DNA of 63,866 bases, the filler included, from Octopus bimaculoides (taxonomy: Eukaryota), in NCBI RefSeq assembly GCF_001194135.2. It is 6 parts of 6 records of this genome, joined end to end, with 100 filler letters (N's around TTAATTAATTAA, not from the genome) between each part and the next. Parts side by side here need not be neighbours in the genome. Positions count along the whole stretch, not along the records: positions 1 to 12,411 come from NC_068986.1; positions 12,512 to 38,470 come from NC_069010.1; 4 more parts are not named here. The stretch is one strand, 5' to 3'. The notes under the pieces are model-generated. The model did no database searches, was not told where the DNA came from, and saw only the letters and a list, made by a program, of their open reading frames with translations. Shown here piece by piece: positions 10,851 through 21,100 of this stretch (the stretch's first letter is position 1; every line of letters begins with the position of its first letter). The translations under genes were made by a program, and so were the position numbers.

Positions 10851-12173
10851 ATATATCCTTTAATGGCTGTAAATTTGCAAAGATTTAAATTCTGTTGTAG
10901 TAAAATAGATAATTAACAACGCTAGCCAAATTTGATTTGGTAATATATATTTTCGCTATATATAAATAATTATTTTATATAACTTTTATTTTTATAGAAA
11001 CTGAAACTCGCCAATCTAGAACCGAAAACGAAATCGAAACCAATACCAAAATCAATTTGCAATAAACCGATGAAGAAGGAGATAATAATTATACCGGGCC
11101 AAACTTTAATATTTCTCTCTTATAATCCTCACAGAAACACATGTAATAAATAATGCAATAAACTCATTNNNNNNNNNNNNNNNNNNNNNNNNNNNNNNNN
11201 NNNNNNNNNNNNNNNNNNNNNNNNNNNNNNNNNNNNNNNNNNNNNNNNNNNNNNNNNNNNNNNNNNNNNNNNNNNNNNNNNNNNNNNNNNNNNNNNNNNN
11301 NNNNNNNNNNNNNNNNNNNNNNNNNNNNNNNNNNNNNNNNNNNNNNNNNNNNNNNNNNNNNNNNNNNNNNNNNNNNNNNNNNNNNNNNNNNNNNNNNNNN
11401 NNNNNNNNNNNNNCTGTAGTTATTTGAGTTTCAAATTTCTTTCCTCATGTTTTTCCCAACCGACCCTTTTTTCGAGATCCTTCCCATGTACCTCATTAGG
11501 ACCCTTCTAACCCACTAGGACCCTTCTAACCCACTAGGACCTTCTAACCCACTAGGACCCTTCTAACCAATTCGATCTCATCACCACACTACCACTTCCA
11601 ATCAATACAGTAAAACACAAACCCTGCAAGCCAACGCACCTTCACAGCTATCATTTACACTCATGCATACAGCCCCTTATCCAGCTTATTAGCACTTAAC
11701 ACCTCTAAACACACCAACACGTCTACACATACATAATGTCTTACACTATCACGCTAAGACGTAAACATCGAAACATGCCTGCTCTCTGTCGATGGACATC
11801 CATCCGTACAAACACACACACACAATCTTGCAATTATGCTCTACTTTTAACGCACAAATAAACGGGTAGCTGTGCTAGAACGCACGCCTCACTCACATAT
11901 CCACCATTTCCATTGCACTTCGCAGTTGTTAGACAATTGCTCAAAGCAACAGTCAATCCTTCCTCATTGTCCCTTCAAGTTGGTTATAATCTTTGCTTAC
12001 TTTTTCACGATGAATATATAAATATGTATGAATATATAGGGAAAAATAAGTTCAAAAGAAAATTATTCAAACTTCTTGGGAGGTTCAAAATGAGAGAAAG
12101 AATGATTTCTAATAAAGATTCATTATATTCATTAAAAAACAGCCAGAGCAAGTAATAAGAATATGAAAATAGT

Positions 12174-12387
12174 AGTTGAAAAATATTGTTATAGGTATAA
12201 ATATACCATAAACAATTATAGAAAAATGGAAGAAAAAAAGATCTTGAATCCAAATTAGATTTAATACACAATAGGATTTAATGCAAAATCCAATCTTGTA
12301 TTAAATCTAATTTTGATTCAACATCTTTTCTCCATTTTTGTATAATTGTTTGTGGTATATTTATACATATAACGATATTTTTCAACT
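12174..12387. repeat. Long near-perfect inverted repeat (about 93-bp arms)
   Basis: agttgaaaaatattgttataggtataaatatacc... pairs with ...ggtatatttatacatataacgatatttttcaact. The short spacer also contains ggattt/aaatcc. Confidence 0.9.
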
Positions 12388-12544
12388 GTATGTATATATA
12401 TATATATATATNNNNNNNNNNNNNNNNNNNNNNNNNNNNNNNNNNNNNNNNNNNNTTAATTAATTAANNNNNNNNNNNNNNNNNNNNNNNNNNNNNNNNN
12501 NNNNNNNNNNNTGTGTGTGTATGTCTGTGTGTCTGTGTTTGTCT

Positions 12545-12705
12545 CCCTATGCTGGTGTGTTTATGTCCTCGTCACTTAGCGGTTCAGCAAAAGAGACCGA
12601 TAGAATAAGTACTAGGCTTACAAAAAATAACTCCCGGGGGCGATTTGCTCGACTAAAGGCGGTGCTCCAGCATGGCCACAGTCAAATGACTGAAGCAAGC
12701 AAAAG
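12545..12705 (+). mobile_element. SINE family A copy (further copies at about 5690-5870, 13342-13470, 21255-21450, 31620-31805, 33460-33625, 57660-57850, 59460-59660)
   Basis: Recurrent core gctggtgtgtttacgtccccgtaacttagcggttcggcaaaagagaccgatagaataagtac...gtgctccagcatggccgcagtcaaatgactgaaacaagtaaaaga, present in both orientations. Confidence 0.85.
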
Positions 12706-12706
12706 A

Positions 12707-12751
<45 letters not shown>

Positions 12752-12798
12752 TATCTTGCAACAGTGTCAGCACCATGCAGTGTTTAAGCATGAATGGA

Positions 12799-13341
12799 CT
12801 TTAGGTTAGTTAAAATATATTTGTGACATATTTCTACTGCTGAAAGGCAAATTCACAGCAGTTACCATGGAAAAAAAAAGTTCACTCTTATTGTACAGTG
12901 CTACCCCCTATCAGACTCCCAGACACATTTCTAGCTCTTTAGTTGTTATCAATGAGAAACTCTAGACAGAATTAATAAATGCTGTAGCACCAACTAAAAG
13001 ACAGTCTACAACATTGGTTGAGCTGTGCCATTAAACTCCCAGATTGTAAAAAAATACAGCAGTATCAGATACAAGCAGTATTTAGGCATAAGTGAAGTTT
13101 AAGTTAATAAAATATGTTTTAAAGCTACGACTCAAATTAAGTCTGCCCAGAGCTGCCTCTCTTTGATATTTCTCATTGATAATGCTAAAAAGCTAGAAAC
13201 ACATCTGGGAATCCAACAGGAGGCAGCACAGACAGATATGATGTTTTTACCATAAGAGTGAATATTTTCTCCATGGTAACTGCAGTGAGCTAACCACTAG
13301 GAACTGAAGTATGTCACAAATGTATTTTAATTAACCTAAAG
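12799..13341. mobile_element. Foldback/MITE-like element with about 95-bp imperfect TIRs
   Basis: ctttaggttagttaaaatatatttgtgacata...gttaccatgg is mirrored by ccatggtaac...tatgtcacaaatgtattttaattaacctaaag. Confidence 0.7.
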
Positions 13342-13473
13342 AGACTGATAGAATAAGTTCCAGGCTTAACAAAAAAATAAGTACTGTGGTTAATTTATTC
13401 ACCTAAAAATTCTCGAGGTCAGTGCCCCAGCATGGTTGCAGTCAAATGACTGCAACAAGTAAAAGATTAAAGG

Positions 13474-13509
<36 letters not shown>

Positions 13510-13542
13510 AGCGAGAGAATGAGAATAAAATCAGAAGCTTAC

Positions 13543-13605
13543 CTGGACAAGAACAAAACCATTTCCAGTCACTTCAACTTTCACACTCTTTATACTTGAA
13601 GGAAG
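13543..13605 (-). CDS. TEP exon, [21 protein letters not shown] (last visible exon)
   Basis: Acceptor ttcttgttgcag, donor gtaagc, 63 nt (phase 0 to 0). LP...V-x-V-x-x-x-G-x-G...Q CUB-f pattern. Confidence 0.92.
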
Positions 13606-15774
13606 CTGCAACAAGAATAACAACAATATATGTAAGTGACATTATACTTATAAACATTTCTCAGTCATTTATATAGTGCCTGGTGCTGTTTAGCCCGAGG
13701 TGAGGCCTGATCTAGCAGAACATCCTGGATTTCTAGCAACCCTCCTCACCAGGCAAGTCTAGTGCAGGTACCAGTTTAGTTATCTGACCACTCAACAGGT
13801 TGTGCTAAATTACATGTTACCAGTAGCATTCGTGAGAGAATGTTCCACTGATTGGATCGACTCAAAACACTTGTTGCCATAATTTGTGGGGTGCTAGTTA
13901 ATTTGAGGGAATATTGGTTACTATAATAATCAGATCATGTGTCCACAGAGAGGCTCTGCTACTGGCTGTCAAGTGATGTCTGGTTTTGGTGTCCCAACCT
14001 GTCTCAGTCTTGTGAGATTCCATGTTTGTATTTGTTTTGTGATAATAAGCAGATATAGTAGTAGTGGTGGTGGTGGTGGTGGTGGTGGTAGAGGTATTAG
14101 CAGTAGTAGTGGCGATGGTTGTAATAGAAGTAATAGTGGTGGTAGTTGTAGAAATATTAGTGGTGATGATTGTAATAGTAATAATAGAAGTGGTGGTGGT
14201 AGTAGTAATAGTAGTGGTGGTGGTAGTAGTAGTAATAGTAGTGGTGGTGGTGGTAGTAATAGTAGCGGTGGTGGTAGTAGTAGTAATAGTAGTGGTGGTG
14301 GTGGTAGTAATAGTAGCGGTGGTGGTGGTGGTGGTAGTAATAGTAGCAGTGGTGGTGGTGGTANNNNNNNNNNNNNNNNNNNNNNNNNNNNNNNNNNNNN
14401 NNNNNNNNNNNNNNNNNNNNNNNNNNNNNNNNNNNNNNNNNNNNNNNNNNNNNNNNNNNNNNNNNNNNNNNNNNNNNNNNNNNNNNNNNNNNNNNNNNNN
14501 NNNNNNNNNNNNNNNNNNNNNNNNNNNNNNNNNNNNNNNNNNNNNNNNNNNNNNNNNNNNNNNNNNNNNNNNNNNNNNNNNNNNNNNNNNNNNNNNNNNN
14601 NNNNNNNNNNNNNNNNNNNNNNNNNNNNNNNNNNNNNNNNNNNNNNNNNNNNNNNNNNNNNNNNNNNNNNNNNNNNNNNNNNNNNNNNNNNNNNNNNNNN
14701 NNNNNNNNNNNNNNNNNNNNNNNNNNTGGTGGTGGTAGTAGTAGTAATAGTAGTGGTGGTGGTGGTAGTAATAGTAGCGGTGGTGGTGGTGGTGGTGGTG
14801 GTAGTGGTAGTAGAAGTAGTAATCTTACATCTTTCTTATAAAGCATGATTGAGTTTGCGTAAGTGATGGTAGGGAAAGAATATTTGGTTCCGTCGTCCGC
14901 CTCTATTTTCACATCCACAGATGAATCTTTCTTCTGGCTGAGAAGCAGGGCATATTGGGTTAGAGCTTCAAGACCCATCACAGTGTCCTGCAAAGAACAA
15001 AAAAATTTTTTTTTTTAAAAAGTCAAGGAGATGTACTTGCATAGCAAGTGACCTGATCTGAGATCGTGTGCTGGAACGAAAACAATTGCAGCGTGGAAGG
15101 TGTTTATAAGCCATTTAAAATAACACACAAAAGCCATCAGATTCACTGCAACATAATCCCTAGCTGGAAGCAACCTTACCATCATCATCATTTAACATCT
15201 CTTGTCCATGCTGGCATGGGTTGGTCAGTTTGATCAGAGCTGGGAAGTTCGGGAACTGCACCAGACTCCAGTCTGATTTGGATGGGTTTCTACAGCTGGA
15301 TGCCCTTCCCAATTCCCAACATGCCAACCACTTAACAGAGTGTGCATTGGTTGCTTTTACGTGGTACTGTATGAGTGGTCTTATGCGACACTGGTGCAGG
15401 ACTCTTGCATTTCGTAGTTTCAGTCACTATACAGCAGCCATGCAGGAACTCCATCTTGTAAGGAACTCCATCTTGTAAGGAACTCCGCCTTGTGATAAGG
15501 CGGTTCCATTCTCATAATTGTTTAGCTATTCTAATAACAACAATACAAAGTTGTTATATGAGATTATATATATATTACGGAGATGTACTTGCATAGCAAG
15601 TGACCTGAGATCGTGTGCTGGAACGAAAACAATTGCAGTGTGGAAGGTGTTTATAAGCCATATAAAATAACACACAAAAGCCGTCAGATTCACTTCAACA
15701 TTTAAATTTAATTTGTCAAAATATTTTCGTCGCTTTGAGACCGCGACCTGTTCACTGACAAAATTCTGTGCTGC

Positions 15775-15810
<36 letters not shown>

Positions 15811-16930
15811 TAAGGAGCCCCTATTATCGATTTTTTTCAACAATCTGAGTATGCCATGAGGTCTCCAGACATGAGTTCTACTCATGTGTCAAGTTTCATC
15901 AAAATCAATNNNNNNNNNNNNNNNNNNNNNNNNNNNNNNNNNNNNNNNNNNNNNNNNNNNNNNNNNNNNNNNNNNNNNNNNNNNNNNNNNNNNNNNNNNN
16001 NNNNNNNNNNNNNNNNNNNNNNNNNNNNNNNNNNNNNNNNNNNNNNNNNNNNNNNNNNNNNNNNNNNNNNNNNNNNNNNNNNNNNNNNNNNNNNNNNNNN
16101 NNNNNNNNNNNNNNNNNNNNNNNNNNNNNNNNNNNNNNNNNNNNNNNNNNNNNNNNNNNNNNNNNNNNNNNNNNNNNNNNNNNNNNNNNNNNNNNNNNNN
16201 NNNNNNNNNNNNNNNNNNNNNNNNNNNNNNNNNNNNNNNNNNNNNNNNNNNNNNNNNNNNNNNNNNNNNNNNNNNNNNNNNNNNNNNNNNNNNNNNNNNN
16301 NNNNNNNNNNNNNNNNNNNNNNNNNNNNNNNNNNNNNNNNNNNNNNNNNNNNNNNNNNNNNNNNNNNNNNNNNNNNNNNNNNNNNNNNNNNNNNNNNNNN
16401 NNNNNNNNNNNNNNNNNNNNNNNNNNNNNNNNNNNNNNNNNNNNNNNNNNNNNNNNNNNNNNNNNNNNNNNNNNNNNNNNNNNNNNNNNNNNNNNNNNNN
16501 NNNNNNNNNNNNNNNNNNNNNNNNNNNNNNNNNNNNNNNNNNNNNNNNNNNNNNNNNNNNNNNNNNNNNNNNNNNNNNNNNNNNNNNNNNNNNNNNNNNN
16601 NNNNNNNNNNNNNNNNNNNNNNNNNNNNNNNNNNNNNNNNNNNNNNNNNNNNNNNNNNNNNNNNNNNNNNNNNNNNNTAATTGTCACAAAATGTGACTAG
16701 GGTGTTAATATACATATACAGAAGAAAACTCACCTGAGAAGAACGGAAACCTCCGTGGCTGTTTCGTTGACTGACAAGAGATTTATAAAAGGGAAGGCTT
16801 TCTTCAATTTTGCCTTTGTAACTGTAAGCCAACAATATATATGCTGCTATTTCCACAGACGCCGAACCACCAATCCTTGGTGGTGATTTTGGATGCAATT
16901 TGTAATCTGGAAAGTAAATATTATAGATAG

Positions 16931-16974
<44 letters not shown>

Positions 16975-17896
16975 TGAGAGAATGAAAGGGAGATTACAAG
17001 AGAGAGGAGAGAGAGAAAGAAAAAAGGCATTGTGAGAGAGACATTACAAGACAGAGAGAGAGAGAGAGAAGGAGAAAAAAGGACAGGGGGAGAGATTGAG
17101 AGAGAGAGAAAGAGAGAGAGAAAGAAAGAAAGAGACATTTCAAAAGTGACATTACAAGAAAGAGAGAAGTATTATGAGAGAGACATTACAAAAGACACAA
17201 AGAAAGAGAAGTTAGGAAGAGAGACAGAGTTCAGACAGAGAGAGATAGAGTTCAGACAGAGAGAGAAAGAGAGACAGAGTTCAGACAGAGAGAGAAAGAG
17301 AGACAGAGTTCAGACAGAGAGAGACAGAGTTCAGACAGAGAGAGACAGAGTTCAGACAGACAGAGATAGAGNNNNNNNNNNNNNNNNNNNNNNNNNNNNN
17401 NNNNNNNNNNNNNNNNNNNNNNNNNNNNNNNNNNNNNNNNNNNNNNNNNNNNNNNNNNNNNNNNNNNNNNNNNNNNNNNNNNNNATAGAGTTCAGACAGA
17501 GAGAGACAGAGTTCAGACAGAGAGAGAAAGAGAGACAGAGTTCAGACAGAGAGAGACAGAGTTCAGACAGAGAGAGACAGAGTTCAGACAGACAGAGATA
17601 GAGTTCAGACAGAGAGAGAAAGAGAGACAGAGTTCAGACAGAACGAATCGAATGTTATGAAGATGCAGCGTTACCGTCTTCGGATGCCAAATCAAAAGGT
17701 TCTTTGTTGACCCTGTTAAAGTAGTCTTCATCCTTCAACAAGGCAAACGCAGTGAGGAGGACAGCACGGGAATAGTCATCGTTGGACTTCCCTCCGTTGA
17801 CCCAGGAACGGAGATATTCAGCTGTTTCTTTGAGGGGGTCTTTAATGCTGACCTGCACAAATGGAACATCGATGGAATAGTAAAAGACGAAAGAAG

Positions 17897-17950
<54 letters not shown>

Positions 17951-18049
17951 ATAATAGTAGTCATAGTAGTAGTCATAGTAGTAGTAGTAGTTGTAGTAGT
18001 AGTAGTCGTAGTAGTTGTAGTAGTAGTAGTAGTAGTAGTCGTAGTAGTT

Positions 18050-18082
<33 letters not shown>

Positions 18083-18161
18083 ATAGTAGTCATAGTAGTC
18101 GTAGTAGTAGTAATAGTAGTAGTAGTCATCGTAGTAGTCGTAATAGTAGTCATAGTAGTTA

Positions 18162-18196
<35 letters not shown>

Positions 18197-21100
18197 ATAG
18201 TCGTCATAGTAGTAGTAGTCGTAATAGTAGTAGTAGTGGTGGTGGGTATGGTAACAGTGGTAAATAATAGTGTTGGTGGTGGTGGTGGTGGTGGTGAAGA
18301 CGATGGTAATCTTACTTGGAGCGGTCAAAGCCGTCTCGCATTTCTGCTCATAAAAGTGACTGACTATACCAAAATTTTACCTCAGTCTCGTTGGTAGAAC
18401 TGACAGACGCCAGCCACTGTCCCACAAACTACAAGAGACACATGTCTACCAGTGTCCCACAGAAAGAAGTGGCAAATGAATTGCAATCCCAATGAGCAAT
18501 TTACAGCTCAATTTGACGTGTGTTTCAGAAGTAAGGCAGCAATGAAATTACCTGTGCATAAATCCCCGTACACGACAGGTAAATCCAATAATCCTTATAT
18601 AACGTAACAAAGGCGGATAGATGCAATATAAGACCAAAAAGGAAAATTTCAATTGTCACTAATCGTGAATGAAGGTGCAGGGTAGCACCTACATTGTTGC
18701 TAGAAACAACAGTCAAAAACCCTTATAGCAGCAAAAAAAGTACAGGTCTATGTACTGACAGGTGAGATGAATGCCCCACAGCATCCAAGGTCACTATATC
18801 AGCTAGCTAGTTTCACTTAGCTCATCAACAGTGACTACTCTGTTGCTTTCCATGCTAGCATGGGTTGGACGGTTTGACTGAGGACTGGTGAAGCCAGATG
18901 GCTGCACCAGGCTCCAATCTGATTTGGCAGAGTTTCTACAGCTGGATGCCCTTCCTAGTGCCAACCACTTCGAGAGTGTAGTAGGTGCTTTTACGTGCGA
19001 CCGGCACGAGGGCCAGTCGGGCGCTACTGGCAATGGCCACGCTCAAAATGGTGTTTTTTTTACATGCCACCTGCACAGGAGCCAGTCCAGCAGCACTGGC
19101 AATGACCTCACTTGAATGTTTTTCATATGCCACCAGCACAAGTGCCAGTAAGGCGACGCTGGTAACAATCACGCTCAAATGGTGCTATTTACGTGCCACA
19201 GGCATGGAAGCCAGACAACAGCTCTGGCAATGCTCACGCTTGGACGGTGCTGTTAGCGCTCCACTGGCACGGGTGCCAGTCACCGAATTTGGTTCGATTA
19301 CGATTTTGATTTCACTTGCCTCAACAGGTCTTCGCAAGCAGAGTTTAGTGTCCAATGAAGGAAAGGTACACATAAGTGGGCTGGCTACAACCCTGGCAGA
19401 GGCCACGGATTATGGTTAAGCTAAATCTCATCTGTCAGAATGTAGTATTTACCACATAAGTCAATGGCTAGACATATTTGCATATTGTTTAAATGTGTGC
19501 ATTAGAGATTAACTTACTATGTTCGCTTCTTGGCACTGTAGGAGACTGATTGTAACGAAAGCAGTCAGGGTAACACCCTTGGCTGTTCCACCCTAGATGG
19601 AAAATATAAAAGAGGAGAGATATTATTCATATANNNNNNNNNNNNNNNNNNNNNNNNNNNNNNNNNNNNNNNNNNNNNNNNNNNNNNNNNNNNNNNNNNN
19701 NNNNNNNNNNNNNNNNNNNNNNNNNNNNNNNNNNNNNNNNNNNNNNNNNNNNNNNNNNNNNNNNNNNNNNNNNNNNNNNNNNNNNNNNNNNNNNNNNNNN
19801 NNNNNNNNNNNNNNNNNNNNNNNNNNNNNNNNNNNNNNNNNNNNNNNNNNNNNNNNNNNNNNNNNNNNNNNNNNNNNNNNNNNNNNNNNNNNNNNNNNNN
19901 NNNNNNNNNNNNNNNNNNNNNNNNNNNNNNNNNNNNNNNNNNNNNNNNNNNNNNNNNNNNNNNNNNNNNNNNNNNNNNNNNNNNNNNNNNNNNNNNNNNN
20001 NNNNNNNNNNNNNNNNNNNNNNNNNNNNNNNNNNNNNNNNNNNNNNNNNNNNNNNNNNNNNNNNNNNNNNNNNNNNNNNNNNNNNNNNNNNNNNNNNNNN
20101 NNNNNNNNNNNNNNNNNNNNNNNNNNNNNNNNNNNNNNNNNNNNNNNNNNNNNNNNNNNNNNNNNNNNNNNNNNNNNNNNNNNNNNNNNNNNNNNNNNNN
20201 NNNNNNNNNNNNNNNNNNNNNNNNNNNNNNNNNNNNNNNNNNNNNNNNNNNNNNNNNNNNNNNNNNNNNNNNNNNNNNNNNNNNNNNNNNNNNNNNNNNN
20301 NNNNNNNNNNNNNNNNNNNNNNNNNNNNNNNNNNNNNNNNNNNNNNNNNNNNNNNNNNNNNNNNNNNNNNNNNNNNNNNNNNNNNNNNNNNNNNNNNNNN
20401 NNNNNNNNNNNNNNNNNNNNNNNNNNNNNNNNNNNNNNNNNNNNNNNNNNNNNNNNNNNNNNNNNNNNNNNNNNNNNNNNNNNNNNNNNNNNNNNNNNNN
20501 NNNNNNNNNNNNNNNNNNNNNNNNNNNNNNNNNNNNNNNNNNNNNNNNNNNNNNNNNNNNNGGATTCAGAAGAGGAGCTTTGGAGCAGCTCCTGCAGTTT
20601 ATGAAGTTTTCTTTTTCACCTATACACATTTACATACACACACACAAGGGCATCCAGCTGTAGAAACTCTGCCAAATTTAGATTGGAGCCTGGTGTTGCC
20701 ATCCGGTTTCACCAGTCCTCAGTCAAATCGTCCAACCCATGCTAGCATGGAAAGCGGACGTTAAACGATGATGATGATGATATATGATGGACTTCTTTCC
20801 AAATCCACTCATAAAGCCTTGGTCAGCCTGAGGCTATAGTAGGAGACACTATCCAAGGTGTCATGCAGTGGGACTTTGTGGCAGCTAAGGTAAGTGTCTT
20901 CTACTATAGCCCTGCGCTGATGAAACCCTTCTGCAAGCTGTACGGTGACGTCAATAAGGTAGGTAGCAGATTACAAAGAAAAGCACCCAGTCCACACTGC
21001 AAAGTGGTTGGCATTAGGAAGGGCATCCAGTTATTGAGACCAAACCGACGCAGATATTGGGAGCATGATGCAGTACTTGGACAAATCAGATTCTGCCAAA

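Noticed and set aside
11897-11972. Open 76-nt segment with gtgagt donor (DNEEGLTVALSNCLTTAKCNGNGGY) as the next TEP exon
   Set aside because: Its phase-2 start is incompatible with the preceding phase-0 donor, it has no polypyrimidine tract, and there is no clear MG8 similarity.
12456-12467. TTAATTAATTAA flanked by N runs (also 38515, 55403, 60151, 62637)
   Set aside because: An identical palindromic all-frame-stop 12-mer always embedded in Ns is an artificial scaffolding linker, not biological sequence.
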